Virus record (IMG/VR): IMGVR_UViG_3300032218_001995
Coordinates: 1-45,592 of that record
Reading direction: 5' to 3' (one strand)
DNA from: a virus
Taxonomy: Duplodnaviria > Caudoviricetes
DNA: 45,592 nt
The notes under the pieces were generated by a model. The model had not been told where the DNA came from, did no database searches, and saw only the letters and a list, made by a program, of their open reading frames with translations. Shown piece after piece: positions 11,423 to 21,162 of the stretch (the stretch's first letter is position 1; the number at the start of each line of letters is the position of its first letter). The translations under genes and the position numbers were made by a program.

Positions 11423-13024
11423 TTAAGCGTGTACAACTTGAACGAGAACGTTTGCAACGTCTGTTCCAAAACACATATACTTTGCAACGATTGTTGATGT
11501 TCCTGGAATTGTATATGTAGTAGCATTCACTGTTGAATTTAATGCAGAACAACCATGTGTGAATGTTTGGTTGGTACCCGCTGTGTTTGTAACCCACAAT
11601 TCAACAACTTTACCTTGTACATAGTTTGAAAAAGAAACTGTGAGGCCGGCAGAAGTGTTTGCACGAATTACTGCTGTGTTTGCAAAGTCGATTGAGATGG
11701 CAGTTTGAGCGCCAGCGAATGTGCGGGGTGCATAAATGAAACCTTTTTCTGGATAAACATAACCCGTAAAGTGTATTGAATCTGCATTGAACGATGCGAT
11801 TTCTTGAATCGTATTTGAACCCGTTGCCATGTTATAGAATTTAATCATTGAGCCACGTGCAGAATCTGTGTAGTTTTCTGTTGCAATGATATCAATACGA
11901 GCAACACCAAGTGGTGCAAAACCTGTTGTGCCCCATCCGTTACCAGAAAAACGCATCAGCACATCATTATTTTGTGTAGCTGTTGGTGTTACCACTGTTC
12001 CACGTGCAGTTCTTCCTGCCACTACAGAATAAGCTGATCCATCTGTACTGAATGCATCGAAAATAATGCGAGAAGGTGTATTTGCTTTACCTGAAATATG
12101 CAACATTGTTCCAGATTGTGATGGTATCTGAACTGTTTGAGTTGCTTGAATAGTCATTGCCGATTCTGTTGCACCGAAAGTAGAATTGGCAAGAATTAAA
12201 GTTCCATTAACATAACCATCACCTGAAATATAGAAATCTTCCGCTGTACGTATAGAAGTTGTATTTGCAAGTGCATTGTTTGCTTTGTTAAAAGCTGATT
12301 GTGCAAATGTATTTTGTGTAGAAATGTTTGATGTGATTGAACCGTTTAATGTTGCAACGTTACCCGAAATTTCTCCACGGAGTGTTGTTACGTTACCTGT
12401 AATTTCACCTCGGAGAGTTGCAACGTTTGCTGATACTCTGGCATTAATAATTGAGTTAGCTGAATATGCATTAGCAGAAACAACTGAATTAATTGAGTTT
12501 GACCAGATACCATTCACATCGATGTAACCAACAATGTTAGCCGTTTCCAGTCCACCAATTACAAAATTAACTTTACCTGTTGAGTTTGTTGTACCAATCG
12601 ATAAGTTACCTTTGTTTGTTCCTGTGGCAGAAACATACAGATAACCATCATGTGCTTTGGTTGATGAGTATGTTGGATCGGAATATGTTGAGCCATTTAA
12701 ACCAAGGTCAAGGAAATAATTTGAATCTGTACCATCATCAGCAGTAATAACATAGTCTGCTGAACCTGCTGGTGTTTGGTTCTCCAGATTAACTTGTAGA
12801 TATGTTGCTGAGTTACCTGTAAATTGACCAACAACGTTTGGTAGAACTGTGTAATTGTTACCAACAACCAAGTTATTGTTTGAATACAAACCAGCGGCAA
12901 GAGTTGTGAGTGTAATTTTACCAGTAATGTTAGTTGGAATGTCAACACCAACCAGAACGGTATTTGCCGTGTTGGAATTGATTGTAGAGATTGTTGGTAA
13001 GTCGGTTATTTTTACTGTTGACAT
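11423..13024 (-). CDS. Putative virion structural / short fibre protein
   Basis: N-terminal VKITDLP motif, short heptad repeats (NVATLRGEITG), Thr/Asn/Ser-rich; lies inside the baseplate operon. Confidence 0.6.
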   Translation of the reverse strand: MSTVKITDLPTISTINSNTANTVLVGVDIPTNITGKITLTTLAAGLYSNNNLVVGNNYTVLPNVVGQFTGNSATYLQVNLENQTPAGSADYVITADDGTDSNYFLDLGLNGSTYSDPTYSSTKAHDGYLYVSATGTNKGNLSIGTTNSTGKVNFVIGGLETANIVGYIDVNGIWSNSINSVVSANAYSANSIINARVSANVATLRGEITGNVTTLRGEISGNVATLNGSITSNISTQNTFAQSAFNKANNALANTTSIRTAEDFYISGDGYVNGTLILANSTFGATESAMTIQATQTVQIPSQSGTMLHISGKANTPSRIIFDAFSTDGSAYSVVAGRTARGTVVTPTATQNNDVLMRFSGNGWGTTGFAPLGVARIDIIATENYTDSARGSMIKFYNMATGSNTIQEIASFNADSIHFTGYVYPEKGFIYAPRTFAGAQTAISIDFANTAVIRANTSAGLTVSFSNYVQGKVVELWVTNTAGTNQTFTHGCSALNSTVNATTYTIPGTSTIVAKYMCFGTDVANVLVQVVHA

Positions 13025-13027
13025 TTT

Positions 13028-15985
13028 TTATCCTAAAATTAATGTTCTTCCGTCTTGTGTTGTGATGCTTCTATTGTCCTGTGTTAACAGTTCTGGATAG
13101 TAGATTGTACCAAGTGAGTTATAAAATTCCACATTTGATGTTACTAAAGTTCTTCCTATTGAAACGTTTGCTGAATTAGACGTAAATGGTATTGTTGTAT
13201 TGGCAAAAATAACATTGTTTGAATATTCAACATATGTTACCGTGCCATGGAAGGTGCTTGCACCATTTACAACCCTAATTCTGTCTCCAACAAACACAAT
13301 ATCACGCATCTTGTTTGCTGTATTACTATATTCACCATTGTTAATAACATCATATTCATTTGTGACTGTTCGTATATTTATTCTGTTGTTGGACGTAAGA
13401 ACGTTTGCAGTAGCAACGTTTGCAAACGATAAGAATACGTTGTCACGAATAACTGCTGTGTTACTTGCATAATTTACAGAAATAATTTCTGAGAATACAT
13501 TTGGACCGTATCCATAAATTAAAGAAACTAATGAACCTGGTAATGCAATGTTTGCGATGTTTGCACCAGCCAATGAACCAAATTGAATAATATTATTACT
13601 TGCTTTTTCAAATGTGGAATACATAGTTGCACTTGAACTGGAAGAACCCGTATAATATGCAAGTGTATGTGTATTCGATTCAAATGATTCTCTGTGTTCT
13701 TCAATCGTGTGTTCAGATTTTAATGCATTGATTGGAATAACTTTTGTTCCAGATGGATGTAATAATTTATATAGAACTTGTTTGTATGCATCAAAAGATT
13801 TTTGTACAATCAAATCGTATGTGAAATTATTATAGTCTTCGTTCTCCAAAATTTGGTTTGAACTTGGGAAACCATCATCGTTTAGATACTGGCCTGTTCC
13901 AATAATTAGACCATTTAAAAACTTTGCTGTTGCAATTGCCGCACCGTTACCATATGTTCTAATACCATTTTGATAAATGTATTCGCCTGATGCTGTGTTT
14001 TGTGTTGTATATGTATTTGCCAAATCCAAATAGATATTAGAACCCAAAGCACGGTCGGTAGATTTCAGTTGAAGGTTTGTTTTAGTGTTTGATGTATAGT
14101 TATAAACTCTAAGGACATATTTTGAGTTTGCTTGAATTGCATTTGATTCTAACAAAGTAATCGAGTCAACATATGCTTTGAATACAGCAGTGTTTACGTT
14201 CGAACCTTGATAAATCAAATCACCGTTCTTAATAATATTGGCGGGTGAAACGTTTGTAACAACCAAGTCACGAACTTTGAGTGAAACTTTTGGTGCTTCA
14301 ATATAATCTTCACCAAAATTTTCAATAACAAACGATGTAATTGCACCAATACCACGTTCGTCAGCTACTGGAAGCAACTGAGCACCGTCACCAAGAACTG
14401 TGTTCACTCTAAGTACCGCACCAGAACCACCAGATGATGCGACATTCAATGTTGGAAGGTGTGTCTGTACGTATCCTAAACCACCTTTTGGATATCTTGT
14501 TATTCCATTTGTAGTGTTTGAGAATTTATATTCTGTTCTAATAATTGAGCCTGTAGCATTAACATATACGTTTGCATTTGCACCTACACCACCAGCAGAA
14601 TCTGTAAAGGTAATAATGTCTCCGTTCGCATAGCCTGTTCCTGGTGTAACAATTTGAATTGGTCCAAGAATACCAAGGCTAGCCAAATATCCTTTTATTT
14701 TTAAGTTTTCTGTGGTCTGAGGATCGGTTGTATCAAATATTGAATATGCTTTTACGGAGGGAAGTGATGTATATCCACCTCCACCATTATTTAAAACAAC
14801 AGCAGAAATTGGATATGTTGAGAATCCAGTAAATGTAAAAGCATTTGCGAGCGAACATACTGAATTCGCTGATGTGTTTGCTGGGAAAAATGGATAAGAT
14901 GATGCACCAATTTTTGTTGCCGCAAACAAAGATGGACTCATATAATTTTTAGGAATAAATGCAACATTTATTTCACCGGCCGGATCAACGGAAGATACGT
15001 TTGCGATTGCACCTGAACCGCCACCGCCAGTTATTCTAATAACTGTATTTGGATCGGGTCTATATCCATATGAACCGTCAATAAGGGTAATATCACGGAG
15101 AGAACCGGAGGTTGTTTCATAAACAAATGCTGTTGCACCAATACCGGTTGAACTGTTTAGTCCGCCATAAAAAACAACTGGATCACCAGAATATGTATCG
15201 GATCTTCCTTTATAAAGTTGACCACGTTTTTTCGAATCAACGTTGACAGCGGAAATAGAACCTAAAATTTTTGCTTCAAGTTTTTTTGCGCCAACTGTTC
15301 CTTCAGGAACAACTTTAGAATCTTTGAAATATAAAATTTGATTATTGTTATCAACTACAACAACATCTTCACCTGACTGGAAAAGTCTTTCGATATTTGA
15401 AATATAAACTTCAGTTCTATTTCCAACGGATACACTTCTTTCAACTGTTGCAATAGATTTTGATGTTATACCAAACAATCTATAGTTTTCAATTGATAAC
15501 CATTGTTCATCATTTGTGGCGAGTCTCAGAGACTTTGAAACATACCATTTACCATCAGATGCTTTGAAAATAACATCACGTGTTAAGAAAATGTCTGCGT
15601 CAGAATTGTACAATGCTCTGAATAAAAACTGATAAGATGCTGGTGTACCCTTTCGTGAGTACAATTCTTTAGCGGCTCTAATCAGTTTGCTTTTATCTGT
15701 AAGACAATCTGCTGGAAAATTTGGTAAAAATTGATTAATATAATAATCAATGAACTTGTTAAAAGTTTCACCTGGTTCGGTAAAATTTAAATCCTGATAG
15801 TTTAAAAGGTTCTGTGTGCCATAGATAGCACCTTCTTTACCTGAACCTATGTCTTGTTGTTCCATCCATTCATAGTATGCTTGGATAAATGCAACAAATG
15901 TTTGATAGTTATCGTCCGACCTGATAAACTCAGGTAATTGGTACGGAACTTTTAATGAGGTCTTTTTGGCGAAATCAGTAGTCAT
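13028..15985 (-). CDS. gp7: Baseplate wedge initiator gp7-like
   Basis: QLPEFIR...FVAFIQAYYEWME, KELYSRKGTPASYQFLFRALY, KASDGKW, LLHPSG motifs; follows gp6. Confidence 0.75.
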   Translation of the reverse strand: MTTDFAKKTSLKVPYQLPEFIRSDDNYQTFVAFIQAYYEWMEQQDIGSGKEGAIYGTQNLLNYQDLNFTEPGETFNKFIDYYINQFLPNFPADCLTDKSKLIRAAKELYSRKGTPASYQFLFRALYNSDADIFLTRDVIFKASDGKWYVSKSLRLATNDEQWLSIENYRLFGITSKSIATVERSVSVGNRTEVYISNIERLFQSGEDVVVVDNNNQILYFKDSKVVPEGTVGAKKLEAKILGSISAVNVDSKKRGQLYKGRSDTYSGDPVVFYGGLNSSTGIGATAFVYETTSGSLRDITLIDGSYGYRPDPNTVIRITGGGGSGAIANVSSVDPAGEINVAFIPKNYMSPSLFAATKIGASSYPFFPANTSANSVCSLANAFTFTGFSTYPISAVVLNNGGGGYTSLPSVKAYSIFDTTDPQTTENLKIKGYLASLGILGPIQIVTPGTGYANGDIITFTDSAGGVGANANVYVNATGSIIRTEYKFSNTTNGITRYPKGGLGYVQTHLPTLNVASSGGSGAVLRVNTVLGDGAQLLPVADERGIGAITSFVIENFGEDYIEAPKVSLKVRDLVVTNVSPANIIKNGDLIYQGSNVNTAVFKAYVDSITLLESNAIQANSKYVLRVYNYTSNTKTNLQLKSTDRALGSNIYLDLANTYTTQNTASGEYIYQNGIRTYGNGAAIATAKFLNGLIIGTGQYLNDDGFPSSNQILENEDYNNFTYDLIVQKSFDAYKQVLYKLLHPSGTKVIPINALKSEHTIEEHRESFESNTHTLAYYTGSSSSSATMYSTFEKASNNIIQFGSLAGANIANIALPGSLVSLIYGYGPNVFSEIISVNYASNTAVIRDNVFLSFANVATANVLTSNNRINIRTVTNEYDVINNGEYSNTANKMRDIVFVGDRIRVVNGASTFHGTVTYVEYSNNVIFANTTIPFTSNSANVSIGRTLVTSNVEFYNSLGTIYYPELLTQDNRSITTQDGRTLILG

Positions 15986-18054
15986 TATTGTACACTAACA
16001 TTTACTGTGATTGCTTCTGGATCAAAACTATCTGTAGCCACGATTTTATTATATGTAGATGACACAATAGTTGAGTCTGGAACTACAGAAATTGTAAAGC
16101 GACCCAAATCATTGTTCACAGTAAGTGGTGAAAAATCTGTAAGTGTTACTTTACCCGTAGAATAATCAATTGTTCCTGCGCTGGCGTTTAGGATTGTTTT
16201 AACATTATTTAAATAATAATATGTTCTTAATGTACCCTCAACACCTTCCAAAATTGGAGATGCGTATGCTAATCCACCTGAAGTATCACCGGATTGTGGT
16301 GTTATTGTGACAAATGCTTCTGTGTAATTATAACCAGGATTTGTAACAACGATACTATTCACACGGCCGGATGCTAAGACTGCATACGCCGTAGCACCTT
16401 CACCGTCACCTGTGATAGTAACACTCGGTACTTTTGTATATCCAAAACCTTGATTTAAAACATTGATGTTTGCAATACCACCTGTTGTTGTGGGCACTTC
16501 TTCAAAATAAATTCCGCTTCTTATACCAGAAATTGATGTTGGATCAGATTCAGAAAAATCTGGAGAACTATTTAAACCAGCATTAAAATAATTTCTTTGT
16601 AGTGGAACACCAAAATCAAATGTGTAAGTTGCTCTTGAATTTAATTTTGGATAAAATTTCTTTTGAAGTCTAATCGAACATTCATTTGTTATGATTGATG
16701 TGTCGGCACTTTGAATGTATGAAATTAATTCTGGTAATTTGAACACTGAGTTAAAAGTGTTAAGCGTATTTGTTGAAAACTGGTTTATTTTTGTTAAAAC
16801 CTGACCTTTAATTTGGCCACCAGTTAAAGTAGTTTTCTTTGGATCATACAAAACATTTGTTGTTATTTTTATGTAAGTATAATCAGGATCAACAATCGTT
16901 GGTGTAACTGTTAGAACGGAAATTGGTTTGATAACTTCAGAAATAAGTTTTTCTTTTTGTGTTGGTGTTAATGTATAACCACCTGATGGTTTAACTGCAC
17001 AAAAAATTTGTCCATAAACTGGTGGATTATTTTCTTCTCCACCCCAAACGGACACAGAATCAATTGGTAAATTGGTAGAATTGTTCTGAATTAAATAAAT
17101 GTAATCTTCTTTTGTAACCGCACGGCCTTGTGCCGCATATGCTTTTGGTGCGGTGTATTTAATTGATGTAATTGATTCTTTGTCCGAACCATTTGTTGCT
17201 GAAGAAATTGAGGTTACTACTGTATTTGAATACCCTCCAATATTATCCATTGAGGTAAAAGAGTTTGCACCAAAGGCTGAGGTGCCAGATGTTGTAATGT
17301 ATGATAAATTAACGATGTTTCCGTTTACGAGTGATTGTCCTAATAATCCGTCACCGAAATAAATGTTATATTTTCCATTCATTCCTTCTTCTAAGAAATA
17401 TACTTGACTTTGTGGCGTTAAATCAATATAGTTTGTTGAAAGATTGTATGTTATTGATGCAGTATTTGAAGATGATTCTTGTACAGAAACGATTAATGTA
17501 GATGTGTCAATAGCTGAATCTGGTATTTCAAATAATTGTTTTGGATTAGTTGTGCTGTTATAAGTAAAACTGTATGAAGATGCAATACCTTGTGAGATAA
17601 CAATGTCGGTAAATGTGGCAGTATTTGATGTTACGTTTACTGTTGTTGAATCGGTTGTAAGGAATGTATAATTTACATCATTGATTGCTTCAGATATGAA
17701 AGATGAAAATTTTGGCAATGTAAGTGTAGAAGATGTTACGCCATTTACTTTAATTTGAACTGTAGCCTTTGGTGCAACTGCTGATTGTGGAACGTAATTT
17801 AATAATTTTGCATGTGAAACAACTGAACCACGTTGAATAGCGGAATCCAGAAACATTTCATTTGCAACCATGTTGAGATAGTATGCATTATATTGTGTAT
17901 TGTATGCTAATAGGTCGACAAGCACAGAAAGTGCCGAGCCGTCAAAGTTATAATCTTTGAGAGTATCTTGTTGTGATAGAAAAGCCTTTAGACTTGATTT
18001 GATATCACCAAAGTCAAGGTTTGTTATTTGTAGACCTGAATTAGCTGTTGCCAT
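15985..18054 (-). CDS. gp6: Baseplate wedge subunit gp6
   Basis: LDFGDIKSSLK...DYNFDGSALSVLVDLLAYNTQYNAYYLNM, FGDG, QGRAVTKEDY. Confidence 0.93.
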   Translation of the reverse strand: MATANSGLQITNLDFGDIKSSLKAFLSQQDTLKDYNFDGSALSVLVDLLAYNTQYNAYYLNMVANEMFLDSAIQRGSVVSHAKLLNYVPQSAVAPKATVQIKVNGVTSSTLTLPKFSSFISEAINDVNYTFLTTDSTTVNVTSNTATFTDIVISQGIASSYSFTYNSTTNPKQLFEIPDSAIDTSTLIVSVQESSSNTASITYNLSTNYIDLTPQSQVYFLEEGMNGKYNIYFGDGLLGQSLVNGNIVNLSYITTSGTSAFGANSFTSMDNIGGYSNTVVTSISSATNGSDKESITSIKYTAPKAYAAQGRAVTKEDYIYLIQNNSTNLPIDSVSVWGGEENNPPVYGQIFCAVKPSGGYTLTPTQKEKLISEVIKPISVLTVTPTIVDPDYTYIKITTNVLYDPKKTTLTGGQIKGQVLTKINQFSTNTLNTFNSVFKLPELISYIQSADTSIITNECSIRLQKKFYPKLNSRATYTFDFGVPLQRNYFNAGLNSSPDFSESDPTSISGIRSGIYFEEVPTTTGGIANINVLNQGFGYTKVPSVTITGDGEGATAYAVLASGRVNSIVVTNPGYNYTEAFVTITPQSGDTSGGLAYASPILEGVEGTLRTYYYLNNVKTILNASAGTIDYSTGKVTLTDFSPLTVNNDLGRFTISVVPDSTIVSSTYNKIVATDSFDPEAITVNVSVQ

Positions 18055-18449
18055 TATCGTGTTCTCTCAAGAATTAAATTGATTGCTGTGGGTTGTACAT
18101 TATTTCCAATAAAAAATTCTATTCCCACACTATAAGAATTGTTGTCGGTTTGTTCATCAATGGTAACTTGAACCAATCTAACCCTAGGTTCGTGATTGGT
18201 GAGAGTTGTTTCTATTTCAGTCTTTAAATCCTGCGCTGTCAAAAAATTAACAGGTTCAAACAACAACTGTTCAATCCTACTACCAATATTTGGTTGAAAC
18301 GGTCTCTCATAGTTTTTAGTGAGTAAAAGGTAACGCACCGAACGAATGACCGCCATCTCATCATAACTCAAGGCGATATCATTTCTACCAGGAGTTCTAG
18401 TAAAATTGAAATCTATATCTGAATATAATTTTTTAAGTGTCTGTACCAT
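18054..18449 (-). CDS. gp25: Baseplate wedge subunit gp25
   Basis: YSDIDFNF...LLTKNYERPFQPNIGS...LFEP...EPRV. Confidence 0.93.
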   Translation of the reverse strand: MVQTLKKLYSDIDFNFTRTPGRNDIALSYDEMAVIRSVRYLLLTKNYERPFQPNIGSRIEQLLFEPVNFLTAQDLKTEIETTLTNHEPRVRLVQVTIDEQTDNNSYSVGIEFFIGNNVQPTAINLILERTR

Positions 18450-18454
18450 TTTAT

Positions 18455-18462
18455 TATTTATC
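18455..18462 (-). promoter_or_regulatory. T4-type late promoter variant (GATAAATA) upstream of gp25
   Basis: One mismatch to TATAAATA, just upstream of the ATG at 18449. Confidence 0.55.
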
Positions 18463-18538
18463 GTAGGAGTAAAATGACTTTTTCAAAATCGAGGACCAGC
18501 TCGAAAAAATTCTAGGGCCGGAACGAAATTTTCGAATT

Positions 18539-19348
18539 TTAGGAAGTATTTGCCAAGTTAGTCTTCAGTCTATCCGTACCAATCAAATTCTGTATTAAGT
18601 AATTTTGTGTATTACCCAAGTTATTGAATTTATCCATTTTTATTGAGTTTATGACAATAATATTCGCATTTGCAAAAAAGTTCCAATCTGAAGTTCTTCT
18701 GTAATCCATAAAATCATTAAAAACTTTAAGTCGGTTGTTTATTGCATTTACCTGTGCTGAACTAGCATAACAATTGCCATTACCTGCGACAGAGGAGGTG
18801 AGAGTTAAATAATCTTGATAGATTGTAGCCGCATTTGCATTTACTTCATCCGAAACAAACAAAGAAGTCATACTTCCGAGCATCGGTGTCGTATTTGCTA
18901 TACCATCAGTTTTGTTTAAAATTCGCAACAAATAATTACCAACACTTGTTGCGCTATCGAGACCAGGAATAACATCAGTATTTGAAGTCATTGCGGAAAC
19001 ACCAGAAATGTTATCTGTATGTGTTTTAAAAGCCGACACAGAAATTATTGTGTTGTTCGCATTAGATGCTAATCCTGTATTTGATGCAAAATCAAATACC
19101 ACTGTATTTGCAAAGTTATAGATTAAAGTCGCATTTGCGGATATTGTTGAACATGCATTTGCAAGTGGATTTTTATAATAATTTGTCGATGCTGTATCAT
19201 TATTTGCAATGTCATTTTGTTGCCACGTTGTAATTGTAAGTGGCGCAGAATTCAAAAAATTATTAGTCTGCGGTGTCAAATACTGTGCATCACCAAACTT
19301 TGCGGTGTCAAAATTAAATCCTAAATTTTTAAAAACGCTTTCTGCCAT
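18539..19348 (-). CDS. Hypothetical protein in the baseplate module
   Basis: 269-aa ORF with GGAG RBS; Asn/Thr-rich; no recognised motif. Confidence 0.75.
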   Translation of the reverse strand: MAESVFKNLGFNFDTAKFGDAQYLTPQTNNFLNSAPLTITTWQQNDIANNDTASTNYYKNPLANACSTISANATLIYNFANTVVFDFASNTGLASNANNTIISVSAFKTHTDNISGVSAMTSNTDVIPGLDSATSVGNYLLRILNKTDGIANTTPMLGSMTSLFVSDEVNANAATIYQDYLTLTSSVAGNGNCYASSAQVNAINNRLKVFNDFMDYRRTSDWNFFANANIIVINSIKMDKFNNLGNTQNYLIQNLIGTDRLKTNLANTS

Positions 19349-19359
19349 TCAAATCTCCA

Positions 19360-20136
19360 TTACATTAAAGGAATAGGTGTGCTTGTTGGACCCCTAGGTG
19401 AAATATGTATGTGCATATCATACAATAGACGAATTAAGTCCATGCTTCCCATATGGTCAGAAACAATCAAACCCATTGTCAATGGTGTCCAAAGACTTAC
19501 GGCACCAAATATTGGTCCAAGGGTATCAATACCAAGATTGGAACTTAATTTCATTCCTGCCGTTACGTTTTCTACGGCTGAAATTGATTGTCTTGATATG
19601 ATTGAACCCGATACGTTCAAATCGCTGTGTATATTCACGGCTTCTGCGGCTCTCAGGTTAATTGCACCTGTTCCTGCGCCAGCAAAGAGTGATATATCTC
19701 CACCCGAAAATATTTCCACTTTTTCAGATGAATTAATTTTTGACTTGCCATTTACCTGTTGATAGGAGTTACCTTCAATTTTACTGTAGGAATCACCTTT
19801 AACATTAAAAACAGAATCCCCTTGTACGGTTATATTACATACACCATTGATGAGTACATTGTTGTTTGAAGCAATAATTTCATATTTGTCACCTAAAATC
19901 TTAACAATTTGTTGACCATTTGCTTGTATTTCTGTAAATGTGCCTGTCCTGTGCTGAATACGAACTCTCTCATATTCTGGTGTATCATCTAATTCGATAA
20001 AATGTCCAGATTCTGTACCAATCACTTTGTTTAATGGTGGTGATGCATTCCAGTCTGACGGTGGTTCTGTCCAAGAATAATCAGGACCAGGTTTTTTTGC
20101 AATAAATTGTTGTTCGATTTGTGCTTCGGTTGCCAT
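19360..20136 (-). CDS. gp5: gp5 C-terminal half: beta-helix spike with a terminal HxH motif
   Basis: TESGHFIELDDTP...ERVRIQHRTGTFTEI followed by VxG-type 8-residue repeats; ends HIHISPRGPTSTP. Confidence 0.8.
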   Translation of the reverse strand: MATEAQIEQQFIAKKPGPDYSWTEPPSDWNASPPLNKVIGTESGHFIELDDTPEYERVRIQHRTGTFTEIQANGQQIVKILGDKYEIIASNNNVLINGVCNITVQGDSVFNVKGDSYSKIEGNSYQQVNGKSKINSSEKVEIFSGGDISLFAGAGTGAINLRAAEAVNIHSDLNVSGSIISRQSISAVENVTAGMKLSSNLGIDTLGPIFGAVSLWTPLTMGLIVSDHMGSMDLIRLLYDMHIHISPRGPTSTPIPLM

Positions 20137-20139
20137 AAT

Positions 20140-21162
20140 TTAAATTTTTCCTGAATATGATTTTGGATTGAGTGTTGCCGTTGCGGTTGCCGCTAAGGTT
20201 TTTGCATTTCCAACGGTTGAAGTTGCTGTGCTAATCGTGGCTGAAACATCTTTATACAAACCACCAATTTCACTTACAAGACTTCCCGAACTTGATGATA
20301 CTGATGAAAATAAAGAACTTGTAATTGCTGAATATAGTGCCGCCAAACAATCATAAAACATTTTTAATAATCGTGCAGGAAGGCTTAAAATCCATGCAAT
20401 CAATTTTGCAACATATGCAACATATCTTGCTATTTCAAGTATAACTTCATTGATAAAATCCAAAATTTCTTTTATCATTCTAACATAATAACGAATCACT
20501 TTAATTGCCTGAATAATTTGCGTCACAAGAGGTGAAGCTGAAGCGGCATCAGTGATTGCTTCAATTGCGGCTCTTATAGATTGAAATAACTGAGATGATT
20601 TAAGTGCTTCTAGTGCTTGTTTAAATCTTATATCATTTGCTATATCACAAACGTGTGCCCTAGAATTATCCGACTTTTCAATTCCAGTACCTTTATATGT
20701 ATATGCTGTGGCCGAAGTGGTTGGTGAACCAACACGCACCGGCTTCATTGCTGGCGTGTCAGTGTACACAACAGGTTTTATTGCATCAGATTCAGATAAA
20801 CTTGAATTTGTAAATTTAGCATTTGCATAAAAACCTTTTCCAGAAACTTCATTTGGTTCTTGTTGTGGAATTGCAGGAAATACACCAAGCATTGCTGGTG
20901 CTTGTGACGAAAGACCATCCATAAAGAAACCGAAAACATAATCACCTTCCATTGGTGTGGAAAATGACCTAGAATCATTCACCGGATATAATGGTGTTGC
21001 CCAAGGTAATTCGGATGTTGGAATTTCTTGCAGATTATCTGTATGTGAACCAAATATTCTAACTTTGCAACGACCAACATTTAATGGATCGACACGGTCT
21101 TCTACAACACCAATCCACCAAACAAAATTATCATGCCCAAGTCTATTTTTAAAATCTGTCAT
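20140..21162 (-). CDS. gp5: gp5 N-terminal OB-fold half (baseplate hub), no lysozyme domain
   Basis: WWIGVVEDRVDPLNVGRCKVRIFGSHT...LPWA...GDYVFGFFMDG. Confidence 0.85.
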   Translation of the reverse strand: MTDFKNRLGHDNFVWWIGVVEDRVDPLNVGRCKVRIFGSHTDNLQEIPTSELPWATPLYPVNDSRSFSTPMEGDYVFGFFMDGLSSQAPAMLGVFPAIPQQEPNEVSGKGFYANAKFTNSSLSESDAIKPVVYTDTPAMKPVRVGSPTTSATAYTYKGTGIEKSDNSRAHVCDIANDIRFKQALEALKSSQLFQSIRAAIEAITDAASASPLVTQIIQAIKVIRYYVRMIKEILDFINEVILEIARYVAYVAKLIAWILSLPARLLKMFYDCLAALYSAITSSLFSSVSSSSGSLVSEIGGLYKDVSATISTATSTVGNAKTLAATATATLNPKSYSGKI

